A stretch of 62,350 nucleotides of DNA from contig JYFJ02005096.1 of assembly GCA_000934665.2 (NCBI GenBank), positions 1 through 62,350 on the forward strand, in the 5' to 3' direction. Source of the DNA: Catajapyx aquilonaris (lineage: Eukaryota). Below the pieces are notes generated by a model. That model was not told the origin of the DNA, did no database searches, and was given only the letters and a program-made list of their open reading frames with translations. Below are positions 38,301-51,874 of this stretch, in pieces. Both the position numbers and the translations under genes were made by a program. Positions within the stretch are counted from its first letter, which is position 1. Every line of letters begins with the position of its first letter.

Positions 38301-39613
38301 AAGTTTACTTTAGGATGACCTAGTTCACTGAATAATTGCACAAAATATTTTATAACTTTTTTTCCCGTATCTGCCTTCACATAAATCTAGTTTTTAAATG
38401 TCATCCGCTTAAGTGTATAACCTTCTTTGATCCCCTGGCCAAGACCCTACAATAGCAGCTGAGAAAGTTTTCCAGTCCATTTATTGATTGCAGCTGATTG
38501 ATTGGATCCACAAAGTGGGTCAGTTTCAATGGAATCACATTCTGGTGATATTTGCGTGAATTAGATTCTTTCTTGTGCTTAAGCTCATTTGGGACATCAC
38601 ATCCACACAGTGGCACTGGGCATTGGTGCATGATTCATATGCTGTGAAGTGTGGCCAACACAGCATCATTATGCAAAGGCTCACCTTGCTTCATGTTTAA
38701 ATTCGTCTGTCCTTTGGTATCTTCACGTCCTTGACTTTAACTATAATTAAAGTATTTCATAGCCAATTTACCGACCTTGTCCGACTGTTCGTGATGCCAT
38801 AATTGACTCAACTGCGCAACTAGAGTAACACACACACACACACAGACGGAGAGAGTTAAGGGATATACTCTTCCTGCTTAATCCCTCGTTTTTCTTTCAT
38901 GCCAGCAGCTGAGCACGGCCTATATATCGCCCTAGTTCTAATATAGGTCAAAGGGAGTCGGCAGCATCTCATAAATTGCTGCCTGTTTCCCCGCTTGCCC
39001 CATCTGCACATTATTCAAAGGGTGACACCCGCTTTTTTTCCCCCCCGGTGGTATAGTTATCCAACCCAAATGTCACGTTTACAATGTCCCGGGTCTCGAT
39101 CTACCCCAAGGCGACCCTGCCTGGCTGGCTAACTAACAGTTTATAAATGTCCCGCCCCCGGGGTGTTGATGTATTGGGGTGGGGTGTACGGGCTGGGTGG
39201 GTGGGTTGGTGGAGGGGTAGAACTTCCTATATAGCTATGAAAAGCAGGTTGGGCGCACTATGATCTACGGGGGGGTATAGTGGGAGGCAGGCGGGGCGGG
39301 CTGCCGCAGTCCCCATTGAAACAAACCGGGCAATATTATGCACCTGTCACGCAGCGGAACGGTACCGTATTTGCTAACTACATGACTCACAGGCGGAGCA
39401 CCAGGTCAGCGATCGCTCCTCTCTCTCTGTGTGTACAAGGAGGGTATGCGGTCGAATGCGTACGGAGGGAGAGGCTGAGTATGTGCGCACCTGTAGGTGG
39501 ACTGGAGCCGTCTGCGGTGGCTGGCTGCCCCCTTCCTGCGACTCCACTCCTCCTTTTCCGCACTGCAGCCCCGTTTTCCCCCTCCCGAGATGTACTGCGG
39601 GCGGCGCGCGCAT
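32339..39613 (-). CDS. Syn2: Gamma-syntrophin (split PH, PDZ, PH2, SU domain); Drosophila Syn2-like
   Basis: Exons 39613-39491 (start less certain), 37574-37217, 37139-37014, 36954-36485, 34781-34002, 32479-32339. Motifs: [22 protein letters not shown] (PDZ), [40 protein letters not shown]. Confidence 0.92.
33298..33836. mobile_element. Mariner-type MITE in syntrophin intron
   Basis: Inverted arms cgaggggctttcagaaagtctttaca...gccacaaatacagggcccatgcagg and their complement at 33740-33836. Confidence 0.75.
35690..35940 (-). mobile_element. tRNA-derived SINE family A, third copy
   Basis: Colinear with 6937-7180. Confidence 0.8.
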
Positions 39614-40585
39614 AGGCGACCGACCCACCGACCGCTCCCCGACCACCCAGGCACTACTGCCCGAGTCCCCCAGTCTCACTCCACGGACTCTTCTTCTTCC
39701 CATCCTTCCTTCCTTCCCCTCCGCCCCCACACGGCTCCATTGACCTCTCGACCCCAACGACACTTCTCCGCCCGCCCACCTCATCTCCTCAATCGACGTC
39801 TGGCTTCCACAGGGAAGGGGGACAACGCACGCGGAAATTAAATGTGGTCCCCCCCCCCCCTCCTCCCTTCTTGTTATGCGAGTCGATAGATCCACGGCTG
39901 CTCAGGAATTGGCCCACACTTCACAAGTTTACACACCGAATTGAGCCCGATATACACTGCGACGGAATGGAATTCATAATCGCGCCTCAAAAGTATTTCC
40001 GATCTCGGGGCTCATGAGTCTGTCAAATTATAAACTCTGGATGGGGACATCGCATGTCGAGGCCTACTGCACAAATGTATGGGAGGAAATCATTTTGACA
40101 GGTTTATTACACAAAGTTAACTCAGCGTGTCTAACAGACTAGTGCTCAGTGGGTGGACACTACTTTTTCGTTGAATGGAAGTCCCAGGCAGCAGCTAGGG
40201 TTGTGGGGAAGGTCACAATCATGCCTTGGTATCATGCATGTCATGTCATACGATGGTATGGTCGGTAGGAGAGGATGGTTGGATGAAAAGTACACAAATA
40301 AATTGCTCCTGTTTACATAAAACATGTGTAATGGGGCAAAATGCCATTTTATTGTAACATCAACAGTTATCGTTTTCACACACAAACCAGATAAATCTGG
40401 CTTCATGGTACCGTGGTATAAAATTGGATTGCATCTAAAAAAATGTACAAGCTGCCTACGTCACATATATACAAAATAATCATTGCGAAATCAGTGCATG
40501 ATCATGAGATCACGGACGGAATCATTACCTGAATTAATTGTAATTATTTGCTGCACCTCATACTGGCTGCAGGGTGACTCTCTTA

Positions 40586-41113
40586 AGGTGGGTTTACATG
40601 TGAGCGAAATGATCAGCGATTTGCATCGCCAGCGATGAAATCCTAACGAAAGCACTGATTTGGGCCGAAAGTAGCAATCGCGTTTAAGAAGGGAGGGCCT
40701 CGGCGATGACATCGCTCAAGGAGATGGCGACGACATCGTCGCTCACTTGTGGCGTATTCGGGTGGCTGTACTGTGACGGCGTGCGGTGACAGAAAGGGTC
40801 CCTTGTTCCACCAAAAACACAGAAGCCGAGTATATTCGCGATACAGGCCGAGGGAGTCTCTTCGCCATTCCAAAATTCGAGCCATAAACAACCCAATCGT
40901 CTTTTGTCTCCTTCCGATAGTCCTTTGCGCGCTTGTTTGCGCGGGCGATGCTGTTGGCATCCTGTGGCGATGCACGTCGCCGGTATGTAAACACACGGGC
41001 GATGCTTAAGCGCTATCGCTTGAGTCATGACGTCAGAACCGCTACAATTCACAGTCGAAATGCATCGCCGCGATGCATTTCGCTGATCATTTCGCTCACA
41101 TGTAAACCCACCT
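40586..41113. mobile_element. PIF/Harbinger-type non-autonomous element
   Basis: TTA flanks; TIR AGGTGGGTTTACATGTGAGCGAAATGATCAGCGA of more than 30 bp; repeated CATCGC/GCGATG subterminal motifs. Confidence 0.85.
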
Positions 41114-43540
41114 TTATTTCCTTTTTGTTCACAAGCTGAACCACAAATGGTGAATTGCACTGGGATAATGTGGACATGAAACAGCTGCCCATCGAATGGA
41201 ACTTGACCCTGTAGACAAGAGTGTAGATGACTGACATACTGGAGGTACTGTACTTGCAGGGTAGCAGTGAACTCCCAGTTAAAATGCTGACACATGTGAC
41301 ATCAAGTATAGCTAATTAAAATTTTACAGCGGGTCTTTTAAAACTGGCAGTGCTAACTGCTTAAGGCTGATCTTGAATGTGAATGTACAGTAATTTCTAC
41401 TTAAATACAGTGCACTGTACTGCTCAAATATCAAGATGCTTCTTCACATCATCAGGCTGGCAATAAAGCACTGCAGTCCTTTCATGTTAATTTTCTGTTA
41501 AGTTACACATTTGTTTGAGGTCTATTACATTGAACATTGTGTGTCATTCTTGTGCCCCTGACTATTGTGCCAATAAGAAAATTACTATCTGAAAGGTATT
41601 TCATCTCTGTGCTTTGAACAGCAAATTGTTACTGAAGCAATTACAGGGGGAAAAAAAAATCAATACTTTTACCAACATTTAAACACCTGCTGACCTTTCA
41701 TAAGTACCCTTCTTTACCAACACAGTCAACAACTATTGCCAGTTTTCATTAATACAGACACTGCTGATGCAGGAACATCCCATACTGTAGTGAACAAAAT
41801 ATTATGCTATAAAACCAGAAACTCTGGTTAAATTTACACCCCTTTCCCATCAGTGAGTAATAAAACACTGTCATACAAGCACTGTAACAAGAAGTCTATG
41901 ATTGTCCCTAACTGCACATTAATCACTGGCAATGTCACTGGTATCACAAAGTCTTAGATACTTAGAATATTCCCATGAGAGAACGTTTGTGGACCCTGAA
42001 TTGTGTAACTATGCCATTTTGTTGTCATTTTAGAGAACCCTCAGCCAGCGAATATTGTCAAAATGACATTAGAAAAAGGCACATCATGCGTAAGTACATA
42101 TAGCGTGCTTTTGCAAATACCATGCCTAAATGCAAGGCTGGCTGTGTCCTTAACACCTAAAGGGAGCAGGGCAGGCATTTTGTGGCTAGTTCCAACTCAT
42201 GTCATGAGGTCACATCATGTCATAGGTACTGCTTTTTAAAAATTTCCCAGTATTGCTGATGTTGTTATAGTATTAGTAATACAGTAGCAGTTTTTTAAAA
42301 ATAAATTACTTGAACAATACAGTCCTCTAGTTCTGGGGTGCAAAAGTATTTTTTATGCTTTCAGATCATTCCTGAGACAGCTCAAGGTGGCTGTGAAACA
42401 CAACGAAATTTTGAGCCATTTCCTGTGCCTATAGAAATGCATGTGATAACTTGAGATACAAAAGATTGAATAACAACAAGTGTCATGTCATTTGCAGATT
42501 TCTTGAGACTTTAGTTTTTTCAACCTGTCATGCATAAAATGACACAAAAAGACTGACTGGTTTTGCCTAGTTTCTATGGGATCAAAACATTTTCAAAAAT
42601 AGCTGTCACGCTGACATTTTAATGTTCCACATGATATGGGATGGAACCTGACCGATATTAAAGATAAGCACCCCTGAAAAATACATTTGACTTTGTTCAT
42701 TCACACTATTTGTGACCATAACCTAGAAAGTTCAGTGGCAAAATATAGTTCAGTTTGGGATATGAACCTCCGGATATTTTCACATATCCATATACAATCT
42801 ATCAGCATCCTCTCTCTCATACGGTAATACGCCACCTCTAACAGCAAGAAGAAGTTTTCCGCCTAATTAAATAGAACAGTAATGCATGTGATAAAAACGT
42901 GACTAACTCTGCCCAACCAAGCAAAAACACAGTTGCATCAGGTACAATAACTGTTCTAATAACAACAATAATAATAACAAACAGTGAGGATGTTTTTTGG
43001 TCATTTTGGGAGAAGCTCAGAAAAACAAAATGTTGGCAAGGTTTGGAGAAAACCCTATACTGAAAAAATGAAAAGCAAGGGCTTGCTTGAATTATTGCTT
43101 CCCCTCATGAGAGGCAAAGATGCTGACATCTTCAATATGTCAACCCTATTTTTGCTACATTTTGCCATTTTGATTTTTCAAAATAATGGCAACATGCGGG
43201 AAAAAAAAACTGTAGGCTACACAGCCATTTTAACTTATTAACATAAAACAGTTACACTGCTATTTTAAAGGCAGCTGGCAAAACTTACTGCACCTACCAC
43301 CAGGCTGAACAGGATTTAAAAGTGAAGTCAAGTTTGATAAAATAATTCCAGTGGTAATTGGTCACTGGTAATTATTCAAGAGTGAAATTTAAACTGACAC
43401 TAAAAAGTTACTGATGCTGGAATGGGGACTAACTGTCAGACAAAGCAATGGAATGCAATGAAATTTTTGCTTGGTGTGGCAGAACTATACCATAAATGCT
43501 TTAAATGTCACAATTCCACCCTCAAAATGAACAAAAACAG

Positions 43541-46500
43541 TTACACCGAAGTCTGGGGTACAGACTGCTTATGCTTGACTGGGTAGCGTTCCTTTCCATC
43601 AGGAGCAAAATCCTTCCCTCCGCCATAGCCATCGTGTGTGTGGTGCCCTGAATCTGTTTCGGATTCTGAGTTGAGCCGCTGATGGTGGTGATCAGGGGGC
43701 TGGTCCAAATACAGGCGGAGAGGCATCTTGTGTTCCTGGCCAGGAGGCACCACCAACTCCAATGACCCGGATTGGGTCATGTATGCTGAGTCATATGCCC
43801 GGTCTGTTTGCCTGTTGGAAGGGTCATCGCAAGTAGGAACAGAGTGTTGGAATTGTTTCCCAGAGGCATTTAAGGGTTTGACAGGGGAATTCAATGGCTT
43901 AGCACTTGCTGAAGATAAAGGAGAGTGAGTGGTTGCTCGGGTGGTAACAGGAGCACGGGCAGAAGAAACAAGAGTGGCAGTTTCGGTTTCTGGTGTTGAT
44001 ACCACAGCTACACTCATACCTGAAGAGGGTTCATCCAATTTGTACCGAAAATGTGACCTCCTGGCAGCGTCCCAGAGAAAGGCAACAGATATTTGATAAA
44101 CACATGTAACATTCTTTGGCAGGTAATATAGTGACAAGTAATGGTATCAAAATAACAAAGCACCGAATCATGAGCAATATAAAATTGGGTTGTGCACTGG
44201 CTGTACAATGCCCTGCTTAAATCCCTTATTAATACTTTCTTTCTGCAGTAGGGACAAGATAACTCATGCGTTTTAGGAGGTGGCTTATGTCCTTGGCAAC
44301 CAAATAATTAACCCCGCCCCGTACCAGTTGACCAATCAGCATTTGATTTCAAAGGAGATGGGCGTTATGTTCTAAAACTTCATGTTAAATGATATGAGTT
44401 TGTTTACACTAACGCAATTGGTAACCCAGCTGAGGGGAAATATTTCCCCACAAATCGTTCTAAATTTCATACAAAAAACTCAGCAGGAGGTGGGGCTAAT
44501 TATGGCTGCCAAGACACAAGCCACGCCCAAAATGCATGAGTTATATCTTGTCCCTAGTATAGTTACGGCATCCCTATTTTTTCTTGTGCACAAGACATTT
44601 CATTTGCTCTTAAAGCTTTTTCTCTAGTAGTCTAGTTGATGGATGGATTCCCCCCAGTTATCCAAAGGAATCACTAGTCACTAATGGGAGATTTTAAAAT
44701 CATCACTGAATTAAGACCCCAGTATCCCTTGAGCAAGTAGCATGAGATTCAAGCACCCTTAATCCTCCCTATTTCATTGTCAGGAAATAAATCAGAAGTG
44801 GAAAATTTCAGAAAGGGTTGCTTTGGGAGGGGAAAGCAAAGGAACAGTAGAAAATGTATATCTGTCAATAGGGCAAGTGATTCATACCTTTTTGACAATG
44901 CAGCAAAGGGGGAAAGCCCTCACCTCTTTCATGGGATCACATTTCGTGCCCTTTTACCTCCACACTTTCATAAATGTCACATATACCCGCAAAAATATTG
45001 TCGCACTGTATCCATGTAATGTCCGCGACGCGTTGCTTATCCGGGGCGTTGCCAGGTTACGGACATTTATTTGGCGATATTCCGGAATCCACACCACATT
45101 ACTCACCAGTACCTCGGTTCCATAGCCGCACAGTCCGGTCCGGGTCGCTGCCAAACACACCTCCGGAACCTCCCACCTTTCCTACTTACATGGAAATGTC
45201 CTCACAACAATAGGAGTAAATTTTGTTTACTCCTGTTGTGTGAGGACATTTCCATGGAAACAGGAAAAGTGGGAGGTTCCGGAGGTGTGTTTGGCAGCGA
45301 CCCGGACCGGACTGTGCGGCCATGGAACCGAGGGACCGGTGAGTCAAGTGGTGTGGATTCCGGAATATGGCCAAATAAACACCCGTAACCTGGCAAAGCC
45401 GCGGATAAACAACAGGTCGCGGACATTACGTGGGTACAGTGCGACAATATTTTTGTGGGTCATAGTACATATGTGAAAGGAAATTTCCACAACAGCATAG
45501 GTTTTTTTCCCACAAAGGAGCACCCACACTGCTTAATTTTGCTCCTTTCTAGATCGAAGGTGTGTTGAATTACTTTTCATTATATGTTCGGACATTCATG
45601 TGACCATAATATGGATCTTACATAAAACCCCAATCTTGTACAACAAAGCACATTAGGGCAATTCCACGAATGGCGGCCATATTGTCCGTACGTAACGCAG
45701 GTTTTGCAGACATGTACTAGCGCATTTTATTGTAACAATACCCACACATTACATGAAATGGATTAAGCATGCAGTGCATGCATCCTGGCATTGTTATAAT
45801 AAAATACTCTTGTGCACGTAGGCAACACTTGCGTTACGTACGGACGGCTGCGCCATGGAATTTCCCATTATTTATTTGTTATTGAGAATAAACAAAAATA
45901 ACTTTTACTGATATCATGTTTAAATGCACAAGGGGTACCTGGAGGGTTAAGCCACATCCCCCAATAAATGTAGATGGATTAACATGTCATTCAGACCTAA
46001 ACCTACCTTTTAGCAGATCGCCAAAGGAGGCAGCAAGCCACACAAATCACGATCAGCAGCAGACAAGTTCCAGCTAAGCTCCAAAATGCAATCTGTAGTG
46101 GTTCTCTTGGCTCCCACCAAAACTGCAATCATAATATCAAGTTATTCACAATCAGAGAATGCATGCATGCAGTGAGCTCTTACCTCTGTAGTGGGTGGGT
46201 ATGTAGGCAGGAGTCGTCCCACCAGTGTTGGTAGGTACTGATACCAAAATGCACTGTACCACTGCCTGTAGTTTAGCTGCATGGTGGAGTTGTAAGTGTG
46301 GTTGATGCTCAGGTACCGCAGCTGCCCTTGAGAAGCAGGTTCCCAGTACACACTCAGGATGGCCTGTGGAGTTGGGTTGCCATACCGGGCAAAGTTGGTG
46401 TACGCTTCCATCATCAGCTGGCTCATGTTCCGATCACCTTCTGTCCACATCTCACGTTCGAACCGTATCTTCTCCGGATAGAATTCTGGGGAAGTAACAC

Positions 46501-49158
46501 ACCTTATTAAGCACGTTAAAACCAATATATGTGTGTCCTAATCGGAACTCTCGTCTTGTAGCCACGACCTGTAGTGCTATTTTAAATCGTAACCTGTGAC
46601 CCTAAAATGCAGTTCAGTCATAGTTATCGTATTCTATGTTATTTTATAAGCAACACTTAAGAAGGCATGAACAGCAAACAAGGCTTAGCCAGAATGAAGT
46701 GATATCAGCAGTACTTTATACATCAGAAATGAATATATTGATGATCAAGTGGACAAGAATGCCACATTCCATAATGTTCCAGATTTATTTAAATGGCAAA
46801 TGTCCTCAAGTTACATCAATTTGTTTTATTACTTTGCAAACTTCCAATTCCAAGTGACCATGAGACTGAACACACAATTTCAAGTCAGCCTAATTTGGAA
46901 ATGTTTTCAATTTACTAAAATGTTTCAATACTTTGCTGCAGTATGGGGAAAAAAAAGTTCTGTCTCAACAACACAACAACAGTGTCTTCCAAATGTACCA
47001 TGCAATTCCATTCATCAAGCATGTTTTCAAGTAAGACAAGGTGGAAAACATTTGTTCTGTTTTGCTTTCTGAACCAGAAATTCACTTAAAGGAAGAGTTC
47101 AGTGATTTTGCATGTTGGGCTTCAATGGAAAGCTCCCTGATTCCAAAAATGTGGTCAGTTTTTGAATCTGACGCCGCGTCAGCAAATGCTGTTAGGTGAA
47201 GGTTGAAACCGCTACTGTATTCAATATGGTACTCATACAGCTAGTGCCTCCTGCGGAGATGCTAAGCATAGTTACCGGAATCTCCGCGGGAAGAGCTAGC
47301 TGTATGAGTACCATATCGAATACAGCAGCGGTTTCGACTTCACCTAACGGCATTTGCTTACGCAGCGTCAGATTCAAAAACTGACCACGTTTTTGGAATC
47401 AAGGAGTCTTCCTTGATCTTTGAATCCCAACTTGCAAAATCACTGAACCTTCCTTTAAACACCTCAAGAAACTTTCAATTTTCTGAAGAACTCTTACCTT
47501 TGTCCATAAAGGGTCCTCCAGCAAGCAAATAGTATTCTGTGTCATGGGGTATGGCTCTCCAATACTGGTCATACCCAAAGTGGTATGCTTCAATTGAGGT
47601 ATTGAGAACATACTGGTACAAGGGCACGTTCCTTGCGAGAAGCAGCTTTACAGCCTCATCTGAGGGAGCTACGTAGAGGGAGTCAGACAGGAACTGCACA
47701 TACTGCTCTCGTATGTGAGTTACATTGGGCGGGTCAGGCCAGTAGGTGTACATGTATTGTATGGCATTGAAGATGGCATCTGGATTCAGTGTGTAGTTAA
47801 ACTGTAATATGTACTCATGGATCTTTTGATCAAAAAACTTTTGGGTGATCTCAAAACGTGGGAACAGGCTCTGATTCTGGTACACAAGGTAAGCTGCCTC
47901 ATCTCGAGTGACCCCAGACAGGTAGCGCAATCTGGAGAGGTCAACATCAGGTCGTTGTAACATGTCACGTGGATGTTGTGGCAGCAACCGCCAGTCTTCA
48001 GGTCGCCAGCCATTGATTACACCGTCACTTGGAATACGAATATCCCCATCTACCACACCAGACCATGGGAAGTACCCTAGCATTGGTTTAAGTTCAATGC
48101 TACCTAACTCGTGGTAGCTCCTCCCACGGCGGAGGCAACTGACCAGTTTGTAGGTGGTATCAGATGCACATCCTGCTTTCTCAGCAAATAGTTTGCTTGT
48201 GTTTAGCACTCGGTAATTATCCTGTATCACAGCCCAATCAGCAACTAATGACCCACTTTGAGCGATCACCTGTGACACCATTTCTCTAGTGCGAGGTGCA
48301 ACTGCCAAAATTCCAGCAGATGCTGCACCAGCCCCAGGCCCAAACAATGTTATATTATGTGGATTCCCATGGAAATTGCGTATGTTCTCATAAACCCAAC
48401 GAACAGCCATGGCCTGATCAAGCAATCCATAATTACCAGGTGACTGCTCATCGCCAGTGCTCAAAAATCCTAGTGCTCCCAGCCGGTAGTTAAAGGTGAC
48501 TATAATCACCTTATACATTGCTGCCATCATGTGACCAGGGAAGGCATTGGATGCACCATGTTCAAAGTGGCCTCCATGTATGTATATCATAACAGGGTAT
48601 GACTCAGCTGTTCCTTGGCTCAAAAGGGGTGAAAAAATGTTCAGGTACAGGCAGTCTTCATCTACACGTCGGACGCCTTGTGTATTTCCTGTGTATCGTA
48701 CTGGTTGTGGACATGCAGGGCCAAAATCAACTGCCTGCCACAAACTCCATCCACTGCTTGGTCTTGGGGGACGGAATCTCCCTATATCAACAGGTGGCTG
48801 AGCATAAGGGATACCCAAAAATACCGCCAGAGTAAGCCAATTACGGTCAACCTTTCCATAGGGCTGCCCAGGACGGTCTTGAGGGTCCAGCCCAGGCTTA
48901 TCATACAGTTGCACCTGAAAACCCTGGACAGTGCCATATCCAGTTTGGACTGTGACAGCTACAGGAGGTTTGATCGAGATACCAATGCGCTCTTCACCCT
49001 GGAGATCTGGACGCCAAGCCCCGAGGACACCAGGGGCAGGGGTAGTACTGGACTGGCCTGGGTACCACTGTCCACGATAGCTTGGGCGTTGCTGGCCATA
49101 TCGGGGGTCCTAAAATATAATAACACTTCAGTAAAACATGATATAACACATATGTGAT

Positions 49159-49225
<67 letters not shown>

Positions 49226-49561
49226 CACCACGACATTTCCCTATAAGGTGTAGTCAGCGATGACGGGAGCCACAAGCTAACCCAAAATATGAACTACATT
49301 AAAAATGGTAAAAATCAGCCTATAAACCACCCATATAAACCCCCCCCCCCTGCCCATCACAGACAACAAACTCTCAATATTAAATATAAAATATAAATAT
49401 TACACGACTACGCAACGCGGTACTTAAGAAACCCCCCCCCCCGGAAGAGGAATCAGCAACTGTTAAATTCCTCCAAGTGACCATAATATTCTCCTCCAAA
49501 CGACCAAAACACCCACAGGCCAGCGAGAAGAACCAGCATACAGAAATCCATACCCTAACTA

Positions 49562-49617
<56 letters not shown>

Positions 49618-49874
49618 GAGGGCGACACGGTGGCCGAGTGGTTAGCGCCGCAGCCTTCCACCTCTAAGGTCCCGAGTTCGATCCCCAGACCGGACAGAGG
49701 ATACTTATGTGGATAGAGTTTCGATGGGTTCTCTCCATATTCGCGTGGGTTTTCTCGGGGTTCTCCCGTTTCCTCCCACTATCAAAATCCATCACATTAC
49801 AGGGAAATGATTAAAGTCAGTCTATTAAAAGATGATCCCCTAAAAAGCCCAAGGAGGCTTATCACGGGGTATCC

Positions 49875-49949
<75 letters not shown>

Positions 49950-51874
49950 TCATACCCCGTTATCAGCCAGCGGCTCTTTAGGGGGGAGTTCACCCCAATT
50001 TTGTTTTGACTGGAACTCTTTGCTTTCATTTTTCTTTGCTTTTGGGAATAGGATAGGGATGGAAGGAAGCGGCTGTGGCCTATTTTTAAGGAAACATACC
50101 CCGGAATTATCCTGGGAGGACCGTGGGAAACCACAGAAAACCACGGTCAGGGTCGCCGGCCCCGGGATTCGAACACAGGACCTCCCGATTAGCAGGCGGA
50201 CTCCATATCCCCTACACCACACATGTGATTTTGAATTAACCTATTACGGTATCACTGCTCAATTCAGCTTATACAGGGTGGTCCAACTTTATTGTCCGAA
50301 CAGCTATTGACAAATTCGGCCTAAGCTGCTTATGTTGTAGTGCGTTACCTGGCAACCCTGTCTGGCGGGCCAATTCAAACATCAGCCCATGGAGACTGCT
50401 TCCATTGTTGCCACTGTTTACTAATTGAGTGAGTGACGCGGATGACCCAGCGACGGATCTCTTCTGCCTGCGCACTCACTCATTCGATTTGTAAACAGTG
50501 GCAACAATGGAAGCGCTATCCATGGGCTGATGTTTTAATTGGCCCGCCGGACAGGGTTGCCAGGTAATGCACTACAACATAAGCAGCTTAGGCCGAATTT
50601 GTCAATAGCTGCGTGATAGCTGTTCGGACAAAAAAGTTGGACCACCCTGTAGTTAATTACCCAAGTCCCATGCAGTCAATATGATGACCATAAAAAATAA
50701 ACACATCCTATCTTCAAGGTCAAAATTATTGGTGTACAGCCCTAAGAAATCAAACCTTTACACTGCTGTTCTACCAAAAACTGTTGCATCTGCACATTTC
50801 AATAATGACACTTGGGCCATACAATACAATACCATTTCGCAATGTGCATAGGTTTGTCAGTACGATGGCAATGGAGACGGCAATTGATTGATAAGTCCCT
50901 TTGGTTGGGCCAGACGTATCCTCTTTCAAGTCTCTTTGGACAACGAAATGTTGCTAGGTACATTGTTAATTTCCCCCCAGACCCAACATTGCCAATTCTG
51001 GTGGCTGCAGTGGGTAAGATAATGCAACAAAGTACAAACTGGTGTTCTTTTCAAGTGCATTAAAATGCTTACTTTCATGAGTACTGAGGATCAACATAAT
51101 GCAAACTAGCCCTTTGTTATGCTGCCATGGCCTTTTCAGCACTTGCTAAAATAATGCTCGGGTGGAATTTTCGTCGTACTACTTGTTACTTCTAACTTAG
51201 CAGTACCAGTGCAGTACACTTCTAAGTTAGCAGTACAACGAAAATTCCACTCCTAGTTTTTAAAAATGCAGTATAATACATACAGGTGGATATGGGTCTG
51301 GATCCCTGGGTCTGTAGGGATCTCCTGGCTGATGGCGGCTGTCATAGCCATATCGGTCCTCTGGCCTGTATGGATCCTGGTTCCGGTACCTCACTTCTGG
51401 TGGAGGGTATCTGTCAACTGATGGCCTGTAGTCGACAGGACGGTGCTCATCCCTTGACCCTGAGCTGGGAACAAAATCCGGACGTGCTGGCGGTGGTTCA
51501 ATGGTGGAATGGACTGGATACCTGTAGGAGTGTTGGTCACGACCATACTGATCACGGTCATACAGTTCACGAGATTCATATGGATATGGCCTTGGTTGGT
51601 TAGGATCTAGACGTGAGCTGTTATATGAACGTTGCCAGGAGCCATCATACGACCTTTGCGGTGAGCCATCATACGGACGCTGTGAGCCATCATAAGGGCG
51701 CTGTTGGGTGTCGTATGGTTGTTGTCGTTGGCCGTCATACTGGTTGGGTCGAGGAATGTTGCGGTTGACGTTGTACGAGTTGAATGTCCGACCGTCATCC
51801 TCGTCGTTGTGCCGTTGCTGTCCGAATGTTGTTGTCAGCAGCAGTAGTACACACATGCAAATTACAGTCGTCAT
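43541..51874 (-). CDS. Gli: Gliotactin (non-catalytic cholinesterase-like adhesion protein of tricellular junctions)
   Basis: Exons 51874-51284, 49109-47498, 46485-46184, 46122-46007, 44060-43541. Signal peptide; FLGIPYAQPP, EDCLYLNIF, GNYGLLDQ; catalytic Ser replaced (FGPGAG); FWWEPREPLQIAFW before the TM helix; C-terminal PDZ ligand PQTSV. Confidence 0.93.
44250..44555. mobile_element. MITE with 3-bp flank duplication
   Basis: AGT|AGGGACAAGATAACTCATGC...GCATGAGTTATATCTTGTCCCT|AGT. Confidence 0.75.
44965..45478. mobile_element. Near-perfect ~500-bp palindromic (fold-back) element
   Basis: Inverted arms of about 250 bp around a few-nucleotide loop near 45220; it explains the mirror-image ORFs 45071+/45186-. 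Confidence 0.85.
45655..45870. mobile_element. Short degenerate MITE
   Basis: gggcaattcca..gtccgtacgtaacgcag / cttgcgttacgtacggac..tggaatttccc inverted ends. Confidence 0.6.
47090..47454. mobile_element. Palindromic Kolobok-type MITE
   Basis: TTAA|AGG...CCT|TTAA; arms inverted almost to the centre. Confidence 0.75.
49161..49560 (-). mobile_element. 3' end of a LINE with (ATT)n tail
   Basis: acatttccc..gtagtcagcgatga..caagctaaccca..atatgaacta block shared with 53510-53600, next to a microsatellite tail. Confidence 0.55.
49617..49948 (+). mobile_element. tRNA-derived SINE family E with V-domain-like core, flanked by (AAT)n
   Basis: A box TGGCCGAGTGG, B box AGTTCGATCC, core gcgtgggttttctcggggttctcccgtttcctccca; tail TTATCACGGGGTATCC(AAT)n. 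Confidence 0.8.
49950..50225 (-). mobile_element. tRNA-derived SINE family C, second copy
   Basis: B box GTTCGAATCC; core shared with 230-497; tail GATAACGGGGTATG(ATT)n. Confidence 0.8.
50274..50649. mobile_element. Tc1/mariner-type MITE (copy 2 of 15529-15933 family)
   Basis: Same TIRs, TA flanks. Confidence 0.9.

Noticed and set aside
40643..40996. Possible MADF-like coding remnant inside the Harbinger element
   Set aside because: Only a short LGLYREY resemblance; too weak to call.
41150..43540. Scattered miRNA seed matches (K-box, miR-92 type) downstream of the Gli stop
   Set aside because: Single 7-mers are expected by chance in 2 kb, and the UTR end is unknown.
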